From assembly GCA_002269645.1 (NCBI GenBank), contig NIVC01001533.1, forward strand, positions 62,001-126,000: a stretch of 64,000 bases of DNA, read 5' to 3'. Shown piece by piece: positions 11,405 through 23,804 of the stretch. Each line of letters starts with the position of its first letter. Positions within the stretch are counted from its first letter, which is position 1. The stretch comes from Macrostomum lignano. Lineage: Eukaryota. The position numbers were made by a program, and so were the translations under genes. The notes beneath the pieces are model-generated. The model ran no database searches and was not told where the DNA came from. It worked only from the letters and a program-made list of their open reading frames with translations.

Positions 11405-14049
11405 TTTAAAGTTAGTATTGTTCGTGTTCAAATGAAAAATTAGTTTAATGAATGAAAAAAATACCTTTATTGTATAATGAGGCCTACTTTTGTTATATTG
11501 TTATCAACATAACATTAATATAATTGATCTCAACTAGGCTATAGTCCATTCTTTTCTAATAGTTTTGTAGGATACATATTGGAATGGCAACAATAAAATG
11601 GCTACATTATCTGCATATAACCATTTAGCATTTTTCTGGTTGTTATGCTATGCTATATATGAAATTTTTGGGAATCCTCTCCACAAAATAGAAATTGTCT
11701 CTGTGAAACTAAACACTATCAAAATCCTCTTTATAAAACTGGACTCAATCAAAATTTTCTCTGTCAAACAGAACTCAACTCTCAGGATTAATTGGTTTTA
11801 AGGATTAGGATTAGAGCTACACACAGCAGCATGTTAAAAGGTGCCACTAAAAATTGAACCAATTAAATCAATTGATTGCGTAACCAATTTCTCAGTCAGT
11901 CAGTATCAGTCTCAGTTAAAGTGAACAAAAAGATTGTGCAATCTAAATCAACCCTCTAATATACAGTGACCAACCCTCTTCCAATATGCAGTGGTAGGTT
12001 AGAAATTGAACCCACAAACTATTGGGGGGTCAGTCAAACCCCCACTGAATACCCAAAATGAGTACAATCTTTGCAAAAGTTAAAAGTATGGAAATCATTT
12101 TTCAAATGCTGTGCTCTTTCTTTTCATATTTAAAGCAAACAACTTATATCCATGAACTCAGTGTTGCAAGATCTTTCTAGCAATATAAGTTGCTCAAAGT
12201 TTAAAACTTAAAGAACAGTTAGCATTTGAAATTTCCCAAGTCCCCAACTGCTTGCTATATTGAGACAGAGGCTCGCAAGTTTATTCATTGAATTTCACTG
12301 CCTAGCAAGACACAAGGCTGCAAATTGAAAGGTGCCAATAATAAAACCAATTGAATCTTGGCACAATCCTTGCTATCTGTTTACATTGTACAATTGCTAT
12401 GTACACTCAGCCCAACCCTCTCCCCATTCTGGGGAAATAATTAAATTTAACTCAACCCCCAACATGTGGGTGAGGGGTTTGTTTGCATTGATCAAATAAC
12501 ATGTGCACCCCCCTCAATACATTTTGATAAATTTTGTATCAAATTCATTATTTGATACCAAATAGATAACAACAAAAATATAAAGAAATAGAAATCCTAA
12601 AAATAAAAAACTAAAGGGTCTAAAGGTTATATCATGGTAATAAAAACAAAAGTTTGTAGAATAGGATCTTTATATTAATTTGTGTTTTACTATGCCTATA
12701 ATTAGAGTAGTCCTTAAGGATATATATTTGGCTACAAAAGTGAGGACAAATGTTGAGTCCAACAAATTGAGCAAAACTATTTTAGTTTCCTATTTGGACA
12801 CTATCCCAATTAATATCAAAGAGACAGTCATTGGAACAAACAGGCAATTAGACAAAGTCATTAGAAGATATTGCAGTTATAATTCCTAGAAGAAAGCAGC
12901 AGACTTTGGTGCAAAATTAATTGTAAATCAACTATTCATTAGCACATAAAACCTAAAGTTGGCACCCTTCTTACTTTTGTTTTACAACATATTAATAAAT
13001 TGTCCATTTAGGATATTGTATAATAAAAGTAAATATAAGGATTGTGCTCTAGTCAGCTACAAGTAGGATTATTGCAATAGGCTATATGCTTATATCTATT
13101 TCAATTCTTACTATTCTCCATTGGGTATTGTATAACAAAATTGGTATAAGTAATTAATTGGGATATAGGTATTATTAGACAAAAGAATGCCCCAAATTAT
13201 ATACAATTAAAATTTTACTTTCTTTATTTTTGTTTATGGCCCTTTTGTTATGCTAGCCATTCTGGCTCTATGGCTATTTAATTATGTGGTCATTTTGGCC
13301 CTGTGGCCATTTGGTTGTTTGGCCATTCTACATGTGGCTTTTTGACAATACCCTAGTTTTTTAAGATAATATTTAACAGTATATACTTTTTGTATATTTA
13401 TTATATTATGTAAATCAAACCAATTTAATCTCCTTGGTTTATTTTTAATTGTACCTTTAGGCTTCAGATAGCCTATTTAGAGTCTATACTCAGTCTTACC
13501 ATTAATATAATTTGATTTACTTGAGTAGTCTGATTTTCGTTAGGCATGGCTGGTTCCAGCAGGTAGTTCCTCTTATATTTATATTATATCATATAATTTT
13601 TTTTGCTTTTTCTTAATTTCTTTTCTTCATTTTTAAGTTGGTCTATTTTTTTCTAGTTAATAATTGTATATTAACTAGAGGATATGGCTTGGCTTGCTAA
13701 CCCAAAATTTATAAATTGACCTTTTTAATTTCATAGAAAATTATTGAAATTTAGCATAAAATTGCCACCATGCAAGGTTGATCATAGTTACCTTGGTAAT
13801 ACTTTGGTGATAGTCACCTCAGTGACATCTATTTCATTAATAGGTTAGGCCTACTTTGATACCAAATGTGTGTAGAACATTCACTGTCTATTATTTTTAT
13901 AATTTTTATGTTTTTTAAAGTTGATAAAAGACATGCAAATTTTTATGACATGATCACATAGTCTAGATCATAAAAATAAAAAAGTAAATTTTAAACACTT
14001 AAATGCCAAGACTTAGTGTAAAGTTCCATGTATGTATGGCCATATGCAC

Positions 14050-14520
14050 TCATTTTGTCAACTGGGGGGAGGGAGTCTTATACCTAGTCATTTTGTCAAC
14101 TGGGGGGGAGGGAGTCTTATACCTAGTCATTTTGTCAACTGGGGGGAGTGAGTCTTATACCTAGTCATTTTGTCAACTGGGGGGAGGGAGTCTTATACCT
14201 AGTCATTTTGTCAACTGGGGGGGAGTGAGTCTTATACCTAGTCATTTTGTCAACTGGGGGGGAGGGAGTCTTATACCTAGTCATTTTGTCAACTGGGGGG
14301 AGTGAGTCTTATACCTAGTCATTTTGTCAACTGGGGGAGTGAGTCTTATACCTAGTCATTTTGTCAACTGGGGGGAGTGAGTCTTATACCTAGTCATTTT
14401 GTCAACTGGGGGGAGTGAGTCTTATACCTAGTCATTTTGTCAACTGGGGGAGTGAGTCTTATACCTAGTCATTTTGTCAACTGGGGGGAGTGAGTCTTAT
14501 ACCTAGTCATTTTGTCAACA
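14050..14520 (+). repeat. ~38-40-bp minisatellite, ~12 copies (CATTTTGTCAACTGGGGGGAGTGAGTCTTATACCTAGT)
   Basis: Direct inspection; variation lies mostly in G-run length. Confidence 0.95.
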
Positions 14521-14807
14521 AACCACCAGGCCTAGGCATACAAATGGGACCGGGATTAATTGATAGCAGTCAATTTATCAACAAGGCAGACTTGCCTAAA
14601 GTTGTTTCTTTAACTTAAAGATTTGACTTCTGGGTTATAATAGTAATTTTCCATTTCATGATTCAATAATGAACAATCCTAATGAGCATGGATTGCCTCT
14701 GCCATTGAGTAAATGTAAGCTTGAACTTATTTTGTTTGACTTAAATGTTAAGCATGTATGTGATACAGAGAATACATAGACTACCTTCTCCCTTCACACC
14801 GTCACAG

Positions 14808-15289
14808 CCCTAGACCTGGTAAAGGCATTTCTAGCCAAGGCTCAGTCAGACACCAAACCGCCCGAGTGCGCTGAACTGCCAGACAGCAACGAGGATGCTG
14901 TAATAGATGAGGCTAACAATCAGTCAGAATCAGATGATGAGCTAACTGAAGAGCAGGAGGAGGCCAATGGCAAAGTAATAGAGATGCAGTTGCAACTGTA
15001 TGAGCGGCCAGATGATGCTGATGATGATGACAGTTCCTCAGCCTCATCTTCGTCAGATTCATCCGGCAGCAGCGAAGCGAATGCTGAACAAGTTGAAGAT
15101 GCTGGCACTGACGCTGACGGGCACAAGCCTGCATCCTGCAGCTGCGCAGCCGGCTCGCTAGTGCCCTGCGAATCTGCCGCCTGTCCCAGGAAGCTCATTT
15201 CGGCTACTAGAAATGGGCGCCGGCGTCGCTTCCTCATTGTCGGTTCAGGCCAGCCAGCCAAGAAACCTAATATTGAGGAATTGTCTTAG
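14808..15289 (+). CDS. Terminal coding exon of an acidic protein, possibly NOPCHAP1/C12orf45 (DUF4598)-like
   Basis: Acceptor GTCACAG at 14807 (phase 1) opens a frame LDLVKAFLAKAQ..GKVIEMQLQLYE..DDDDSSS..KKPNIEELS*. The VKAFL, KVIEMxxxLYE and terminal IEEL motifs recall NOPCHAP1 from memory. Upstream exon not identified. Confidence 0.5.
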
Positions 15290-15364
15290 ATAGACGCTTC
15301 TGACACTGTGTACAGGTTGCAGAAGAATGCTTCACTCTGCCCGCTTCGCCCCAATCTCTTACTG

Positions 15365-16405
15365 TATGGTCACTCATCCTATGGTCACTCATCCTGTTGT
15401 CACTCACCCTATGGTCACTCACTCTATGGTCACTCATCCTATGGTCACTCACTCTATGGTCACTCATCCTATGGTCACTCACTCTATGGTCACTCATCCT
15501 GTGGTCACTCATCCTGTTGTCACTCATCCTATGGTCACTCACTCTATGGTCACTCATCCTGTTGTCACTCACCCTATGGTCACTCACTCTATGGTCACTC
15601 ACTCTATGGTCACTCACTCTATGGTCACTCATCCTATGGTCACTCACTCTATGGTCACTCATCCTGTGGTCACTCATCCTGTTGTCACTCATCCTATGGT
15701 CACTCACTCTATGGTCACTCACTCTATGGTCACTCACACTATGGTCACTCACTCTATGGTACCTAGTCACCCTATGGTCACCACCCTATGGTCACTCACC
15801 CTATGGTCACTCATCCTGTTGTCACACCCTATGGTCACTCATCCTGTTGTCACTCACCCTATGGTCACTCATCCTGTTGTCACTCATCCTGTTGTCACTC
15901 ATCCTATGGTCACTCACTCTATGGTCACTCACTCTATGGTCACTCACCCTATGGTCACTCACTCTATGGTCACTCACCCTATGGTCACTCATCCTGTTGT
16001 CACTCACCCTATGGTCACTCATCCTGTTGTCACTCACCCTATGGTCACTCACTCTATGGTCACTCATCCTATGGCCACTCACTCTATGGTCACTCATCCT
16101 GTGGTCACTCATCCTGTTGTCACTCATCCTATGGTCACTCACTCTATGGTCACTCACTCTATGGTACCTAGTCACCCTATGGTCACCACCCTATGGTCAC
16201 TCACCCTATGGTCACTCACCCTATGGTCACTCACTTTATGGTACCTAGTCACCCTATGGTCACCACCCTATGGTCACTCATCCTATGGTCACTCACCCTA
16301 TGGTCACTCACCCTATGGTCACTCACTCTATGGTCACTCACCCTATGGTCACTCACCCTATGGTCACTCACCCTATGGTCACTCACTCTGTGGTCACTCA
16401 CCGGT
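15365..16405 (+). repeat. 15-bp minisatellite (TATGGTCACTCATCC / TATGGTCACTCACTC), ~69 copies
   Basis: Direct inspection; explains the MVTHP and SDHRV pseudo-ORFs. Confidence 0.95.
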
Positions 16406-16817
16406 AATCTGTGACCTACCTCTGAGTCCGACCAGCTCCTCACTCACTGGCCAGCGAAATGTGGCAGAGTCAAGCATTTTAGTTGTCCTTAGTGCTTAGT
16501 TGTCCATATTCTTTTTTGTTATATTTCATTATAATATATGCCTTACAATGTCTGCTAAATCTTACGAACTCAATGAAGCACTCTTGTTGGTGAAATGGTG
16601 TGTGAAAAATGAATAGATTTTAATAATAAAAATGCGATTGCATTTGATTTGTTAAATTAAAATTTGTTGCATTTTAGGAGTACCAAATTTCAATTTGGCC
16701 TATTTTGGTGTATTTCTGTCTGACTTGCACTTTTGAGTTGTTTAAAAACACAGAAAAAATCTCTGGACTTTTCAGTGATGTTACGCTGTGTTTCCATTTT
16801 TTGTGAGTGGCTTACTT

Positions 16818-17692
16818 TGGGTCACTGCTATGTCCTCAGACTGGATCACTCCCGTGTTCTTAGGCTGGGTCACTCCCGTGTCCTCAAACTGGGTCACTCC
16901 CGTGTCCTCAGACTGGGTCGCTCCCGTGTTCTTAGGCTGGGTCACTCCCGTGTCCTCAGACTGGATCACTCCCGTGTTCTTAGGCTGGGTCACTCCCGTG
17001 TCCTCAGGCTGGGTCACTCCCGTGTCCTCAGGCTGGGTCACTCCCGTGTCCTCAAACTGGGTCACTCCCGTGTCCTCAGACTGGGTCGCTCCCGTGTTCT
17101 TAGGCTGGGTCACTCCCGTGTCCTCAAACTGGGTCGCTCCCGTGTCCTCAGGCTGGGTCACTCCCGTGTCCTCAGGCTGGGTCACTCCCGTGTCCTCCGG
17201 CTGTGTCACTCCCGTGTCCTCAGGCTGGGTCACTCCCGTGTCCTCAGGCTGTGTCACTCCCGTGTCCTCCGGCTGTGTCACTCCCGTGTCCTCAGGCTGG
17301 GTCACTCCCGTGTCCTCAGGCTGGGTCACTCCCGTGTCCTCAGGCTGGGTCAATCCCGTGTCCTCAGGCTGGGTCACTCCCGTGTTGTCAGGCTGGGTCA
17401 CTCCCGTGTCCTCCGGCTGTGTCACTCCCGTGTCCTCAGGCTGGGTCACTCCCGTGTCCTCAGGCTGGGTCACTCCCGTGTCCTCAGGCTGGGTCACTCC
17501 CGTGTCCTCAGGCTGGGTCACTCCCGTGTTCTCAGGCTGGGTCACTCCCGTGTTCTCAGGCTGGGTCACTCCCGTGTTCTCAGGCTGGGTCAGTCCCGTG
17601 TTGTCAGGCTGGGTCACTCCCGTGTTCTCAGGCTGGGTCACTCCCGTGTCCTCAGGCTGGGTCACTCCCGTGTCCTCAGGCTGGGTCATCCT
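16818..17692 (+). repeat. 24-bp minisatellite (GGTCACTCCCGTGTCCTCAGGCTG), ~36 copies
   Basis: Direct inspection; 8-aa periodicity in overlapping ORFs. Confidence 0.95.
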
Positions 17693-17799
17693 CCGGTTCA
17701 AATACCCCAGACGATTCGGTTTAGCAGCACTGAAACTCAGGCATAAACTGCAACCATTGCAGAGGTCACCGCTAGGCGCTCACCTGTGCCGCAGCAATT

Positions 17800-20700
17800 A
17801 TGGTGATCACCGCCAGCTCCAGGGCGGCACTGAGAGTGCTGCTACTAGGCAGCGACCAATTCACCTCCATTCACTTGCTCCGGCTATTTGAAATGTTTCA
17901 AGTCGGTAGGCTAGCCAGACTCGAACTCATGACCGCCGGGCCCAGCCAGTGTCCCGCTAGGCGCCTGGCTACTCAGCTCAGCCTGCCCGTGCACGCCTGG
18001 CAACCAACTGGTTTCCAGTTCGATCAGTTCGACATCGGCGTAGTGGCATCGTTTGGCCGGTTCATTCCGGCTAGCGTGCTACACCAGTGGCCTCTTGGCG
18101 CCATCAATGTGCATCCCAGCCTCCTGCCTAGGTGGCGCGGCTCAGCGCCGATCCTGTACACCATCCTGGCCGGGGATGCCTTCACTGGCGTGTCCATCAC
18201 TGAGGTATCCGCCAGCGGATTCGACAAGGGCGGAGTTCTGCTCCAGCGAAGATTGGAACTGGCTGGAGACGAGACGGCGCCAATGCTGGTTGACAGGCTG
18301 GCCGGTCTGGGCTGCGACTGTCTGGAAGCGACGCTTGACGACCTGCCGGCTGCCCGGCGGGCCGCGGTGTCGCAGGCGGATCTGCCCTATGCGAGATCGC
18401 TGGCTAAAAGGTTGGTAAACCGAATGAAATTGAATCACTTCAGAGTGAATCATTCTAAAACTGCTCATTGTGAATCACTCTGAAACTGCTCATTGTGAAT
18501 CATTCTGAAACTGCTCATTGTGAATCACTCTGAAACTGCTCATTGTAATTCATTTTGAAACTGCTCATTGTGAATCACTCTGAAACTGCTCATTGTGAAT
18601 CACTCTGAAACTGCTCATTGTGAATCACTCTGAAACTGCTCATTGTGAATCACTCTGAAACTGCTCATTGTGAATCACTCTGAAACTGCTCATTGTGAAT
18701 CACTCTGAAACTGCTCTTTGTGAATCACTCTGAAACTGCTCATTGTGAATCACTCTGAAACTGCTCATTGTGAATCACTCTGAAACTGCTCATTGTAATT
18801 CATTTTGAAACTGCTCATTGTGAATCACTCTGAAACTGCTCATTGTGAATCACTCTGAAACTGCTCATTGTGAATCACTCTGAAACTGCTCATTGTGAAT
18901 CACTCTGAAACTGCTCATTGTGAATCATTCTGAAACTGCTCATTGTGAATCACTCTGAAACTGCTCATTGTGAATCACTCTGAAACTGCTCATTGTGAAT
19001 CACTCTGAAACTGCTCATTGTGAATCACTCTGAAACTGCTCATTGTGAATCACTCTGAAACTGCTCATTGTGAATCACTCTGAAACTGCTCATTGTGAAT
19101 CACTCTGAAACTGCTCATTGTGAATCACTCTGAAACTGCTCATTGTGAATCATTCTGAAACTGCTCATTGTGAATCACTCTGAAACTGCTCATTGTGAAT
19201 CATTCTGAAACTGCTCATTGTGAATCATTCTGCTACTGCTCATTGTGAATCATTCTGAAACTGCTCATTGTGAATCACTCTGAAACTGCTCATTGTGAAT
19301 CACTCTGAAACTGCTCATTGTAATTCATTTTGAAACTGCTCATTGTGAATCACTCTGAAACTGCTCATTGTGAATCACTCTGAAACTGCTCATTGTGAAT
19401 CACTCTGAAACTGCTCATTGTGAATCACTCTGAAACTGCTCATTGTGAATCACTCTGAAACTGCTCATTGTGAATCACTCTGAAACTGCTCATTGTGAAT
19501 CATTCTGAAACTGCTCATTGTGAATCATTCTGCTACTGCTCATTGTGAATCATTCTGAAACTGCTCATTGTGAATCACTCTGAAACTGCTCATTGTGAAT
19601 CACTCTGAAACTGCTCATTGTAATTCATTTTGAAACTGCTCATTGTGAATCACTCTGAAACTGCTCATTGTAATTCATTTTGAAACTGCTCATTGTGAAT
19701 CACTCTGAAACTGCTCATTGTAATTCATTTTGAAACTGCTCATTGTGAATCACTCTGAAACTGCTCATTGTGAATCACTCTGAAACTGCTCATTGTGAAT
19801 CACTCTGAAACTGCTCATTGTGAATCACTCTGAAACTGCTCATTGTGAATCACTCTGAAACTGCTCATTGTGAATCATTCTGAAACTGCTCATTGTGAAT
19901 CATTCTGAAACTGCTCATTGTGAATCACTCTGAAACTGCTCATTGTGAATCATTCTGAAACTGCTCATTGTGAATCATTCTGAAACTGCTCATTGTGAAT
20001 CACTCTGAAACTGCTCATTGTGAATCACTCTGAAACTGCTCATTGTAATTCATTTTGAAACTGCTCATTGTGAATCACTCTGAAACTGCTCATTGTGAAT
20101 CACTCTGAAACTGCTCATTGTGAATCACTCTGAAACTGCTCATTGTGAATCACTCTGAAACTGCTCATTGTGAATCACTCTGAAACTGCTCATTGTGAAT
20201 CACTCTGAAACTGCTCATTGTGAATCACTCTGAAACTGCTCATTGTGAATCACTCTGAAACTGCTCATTGTGAATCACTCTGAAACTGCTCATTGTGAAT
20301 CACTCTGAAACTGCTCATTGTGAATCACTCTGAAACTGCTCATTGTGAATCACTCTGAAACTGCTCATTGTGAATCACTCTGAAACTGCTCATTGTGAAT
20401 CACTCTGAAACTGCTCATTGTGAATCACTCTGAAACTGCTCATTGTGAATCACTCTGAAACTGCTCATTGTGAATCATTCTGAAACTGCTCATTGTGAAT
20501 CATTCTGAAACTGCTCATTGTGAATCATTCTGAAACTGCTCATTGTGAATCACTCTGAAACTGCTCATTGTGAATCACTCTGAAACTGCTCATTGTAATT
20601 CATTTTGAAACTGCTCATTGTGAATCACTCTGAAACTGCTCATTGTGAATCACTCTGAAACTGCTCATTGTGAATCACTCTGAAACTGCTCATTGTGAAT

Positions 20701-22312
20701 CACTCTGAAACTGCTCATTGTGAATCACTCTGAAACTGCTCATTGTGAATCACTCTGAAACTGCTCATTGTGAATCACTCTGAAACTGCTCATTGTGAAT
20801 CACTCTGAAACTGCTCATTGTGAATCACTCTGAAACTGCTCATTGTGAATCACTCTGAAACTGCTCATTGTGAATCACTCTGAAACTGCTTATTGTGAAT
20901 CACTCTGAAACTGCTCATTGTGAATCACTCTGAAACTGCTCATTGTGAATCACTCTGAAACTGCTCATTGTGAATCACTCTGAAACTGCTTATTGTGAAT
21001 CACTCTGAAACTGCTCATTGTGAATCACTCCCCAGCTCACTAAGAATCACTCCCCAGCTCATTAAAAATCACTCCCCAGCTCATTGAGAATCACTCCCCA
21101 GCTCACTGAGAGTCACTCCCCAGCTCATTGAGAATCACTCCCCAGCTCATTGAGAATCACTCCCCAGCTCATTAAGAATCACTCCCCAGCTCATTGAGAA
21201 TCACTCCCCAGCTCACTGAGAGTCACTCCCCAGCTCATTGAGAATCACTCCCCAGCTCATTGAGAATCACTCCCCAGCTCATTGAGAATCACTCCCCAGC
21301 TCACTGAGAGTCACTCCCCAGCTCACTGAGAGTCACTCCCCAGCTCATTGAGAATCACTCCCCAGCTCATTGTGAATCACTCCCCAGCTCATTGTGAATC
21401 ACTCCCCAGCTCATTAAGAATCACTCCCCAGCTCATTGAGAATCACTCCCCAGCTCATTGAGAATCACTCCCCAGCTCATTAAGAATCACTCCCCAGCTC
21501 ATTGAGAATCACTCCCCAGCTCACTGAGAGTCACTCCCCAGCTCATTGAGAATCACTCCCCAGCTCATTGAGAGTCACTCATCAGCTCATTGTGAATCAC
21601 TCCCCAGCTCATTGTGAATCACTCCCCAGCTCATTAAGAATCACTCCCCAGCTCATTGAGAATCACTCCCCAGCTCATTAAGAATCACTCCCCAGCTCAT
21701 TGAGAATCACTCCCCAGCTCATTGAGAATCACTCCCCAGCTCATTAAGAATCACTCCCCAGCTCACTGAGAGTCACTCCCCAGCTCATTGAGAATCACTC
21801 CCCAGCTCATTAAGAATCACTCCCCAGCTCACTGAGAATCACTCTCCTTGGCTATCAGGCCGGACCCCACCTTCGCCCACCTGGACTGGTCCCGTATGAG
21901 CGCCGGCCAGGTGGACCGGACAGTCCGGGCAGTCGGACACGCCTGGCCGCTGCGCTGTCGCATCGAATTCGGCGGAACTCGTCACGGACGTCGCGAAGCC
22001 CCCGTCACTCTAGCCGGCCACCGGCGTGTCAATCTCGGACAAGCGTCCGAACTTCCCGGACAGATTCGGGTAGACTTGGACAGCGGCCTGATGCTTATTG
22101 GCTGTTCGGACGGCGGCTGGGCGGGTTTCACCAGTCTGACCAGGGCGGGGAAGCCCAAGCTAACGGCCAGCGAGATGCGCAATGGCTATCTAGCTAGCCG
22201 AGGGTCCTGGGCCCGACTCATTGGCTTGCCAAACGGCTATTTCTCAGCGCCAGCTAGAGAGCCAGTGACCTTAGCAAAGAATGATAATGCCGAGGTCTCC
22301 TATAGTTCTTGA
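17800..22312 (+). CDS. MTFMT: Methionyl-tRNA formyltransferase, mitochondrial (2 exons, ~354 aa)
   Basis: Exons 17800-18410 and 21859-22312 join in phase 2 (AG|gttggt..atcag|G) to give SLAKRPDPTFAHLDW. Motifs DIGVVASFG, INVHPSLLPRWRGSAP, TGVSI and FDKG are formyltransferase hallmarks. A further 5' exon via the acceptor at 17775 is possible. Confidence 0.9.
18430..21030 (+). repeat. Intronic 25-bp satellite (TGAAACTGCTCATTGTGAATCACTC), ~104 copies
   Basis: Highly homogeneous array filling the MTFMT intron. Confidence 0.98.
21030..21845 (+). repeat. Intronic 22-bp satellite (AATCACTCCCCAGCTCATTGAG), ~37 copies
   Basis: Directly abuts the 25-bp array and ends ~13 nt before the acceptor AG. Confidence 0.97.
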
Positions 22313-22611
22313 ATATTTGTGCATTTCTAGTTTCAATTTTATCTTGCGTAACGTATGTACGAGTATATCATAAGTGTTAAATTGTATTTCAGTTTTTTAT
22401 GTACGTGGTTTACTTATGGTTATTTAAAAGTGAAATAAATAGCTCGATTGTTGGCTTGCTTGAATTGCTGGGGACTTCAATTAATCCTTTATTTTCTTTT
22501 TTAATGGTGCTTTGATTTAAATAATTAAATTCGTATAAATATTTATTTAACTTGCTCTCCCTCTGTTCGAGCTTCACTTTTAGCTTGTGCGCGACTTCAC
22601 CATTTAGTCTG

Positions 22612-23037
22612 TAAGCAGCTTCACTATTAGTCTGTAAGCAGCTTCCCTATTAGCCTGTGAGCAGCTTCCCTATTAGCCTGTGATCAGCTTCCCTATTAGC
22701 CTATAAGCAGCTTCCCTATTAGCCTGTGATCAGCTTCCCTATTAGCCTGTGAGCAGCTTCCCTACTAGCCTGTGATCAGCTTCTGTACTAGCCTGTGAGC
22801 AGCTTCCGTACTAGCCTGTGAGCAGCTTCCGTACTAGCCTGTGATCAGCTTTCGTACTAGCCTGTGATCAGCTTCCGTACTAGCCTGTGATCAGCTTCCG
22901 TACTAGCCTGTGATCAGCTTCCGTACTAGCCTGTGATCAGCTTTCGTACTAGCCTGTGATCAGCTTTCGTACTAGCCTGTGATCAGCTTTCGTACTAGCC
23001 TGTGATCAGCTTCCGTACTAGCCTGTGAGCAGCTTCC
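22612..23037 (+). repeat. 23-bp minisatellite (TAGCCTGTGATCAGCTTCCGTAC), ~18 copies
   Basis: Lies between MTFMT and EMC7 and ends ~40 nt upstream of the EMC7 start. Confidence 0.95.
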
Positions 23038-23078
23038 AAAGTCGTAATCACAGCCCAAACATGCCTCATGTTTCAGAA

Positions 23079-23765
23079 ATGACATCCAAGTGCATCTCTT
23101 TGAAAGCCCTGACAGCCCTGGCGGCATTCGCCTGCCTTCTGCCTGTCAGCCGCGGCCACACCATCGAAGGCGTCATCGAGCAGCCAATGGACGCCGATGC
23201 GGACTTCCTGGCTAAGACTCGAATCACCGTAGACTCTGGCAACTACCTGGGCTTCATTCGTGCTAATCGAACTTTTATAGTGCAGCACGTGCCCAGCGGA
23301 TCCTTTGTAGTTGAAGCCATCCACCCAAACTACCTGTTCGAGCCGATGCGAGTCGATGTCGCGAGTAGCGGCAAGATCCGCGCCCGCAAGCTGAACTTCC
23401 TGCAGCCGGCGCTGGTTAAAAAGCTGACCTATCCGCTGCGCTTTGTCAGCCTAGGCCGGGCCGCGTACTTTCAGCAGCGGGAACAGCTGAGAACGCTTGA
23501 CCTGCTCATGAACCCGTCTGTGCTGATCATGGTGGTGCCCATGCTAATCCTGCTAGTTATGCCTAAGCTGATGAACACCCAGGATCCCGAGGTGCGCAAG
23601 GAGATGCAACAGCAAATGAACTTTTTTAGTAACAAGCAGAACATGCCGGACGTTGCTGAGACTCTCAGCAATTGGTTTGGCGGCGGCGGCAGCAGCGGCA
23701 GCAGGCGATCCGGTAGCGCGTTGAAGGACGCGAAGCGACCTGGTGTGAAGAAGCGAGCCGCCTGA
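23079..23765 (+). CDS. EMC7: ER membrane protein complex subunit 7 (single coding exon, ~228 aa)
   Basis: Signal peptide, then GFIRANRTFIVQHVPSGSFVVEAIHPNYLFEPMRVDV..GKIRARK, a TM segment LMNPSVLIMVVPMLILLVMPKL and NTQDPEVRKEMQQ, all typical of EMC7. TTTCAG acceptor lies 2 nt before the ATG. Confidence 0.92.
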   Translation: MTSKCISLKALTALAAFACLLPVSRGHTIEGVIEQPMDADADFLAKTRITVDSGNYLGFIRANRTFIVQHVPSGSFVVEAIHPNYLFEPMRVDVASSGKIRARKLNFLQPALVKKLTYPLRFVSLGRAAYFQQREQLRTLDLLMNPSVLIMVVPMLILLVMPKLMNTQDPEVRKEMQQQMNFFSNKQNMPDVAETLSNWFGGGGSSGSRRSGSALKDAKRPGVKKRAA

Positions 23766-23804
23766 GAACAGTCGATTAGTGTATTGCTTTTGTCAGTGAA
23801 GTTG

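Noticed and set aside
13544-13562. Possible ATG micro-exon for the acidic gene
   Set aside because: Its phase (2) is incompatible with the phase-1 acceptor at 14808.
15267-17891. Long ORFs in several frames (MVTHP, SDHRV, VLRLGHSR, QPEDTGVT repeats)
   Set aside because: They are translations of 15- and 24-bp tandem repeats, open in several frames on both strands, with no unique flanking domain or splice support.
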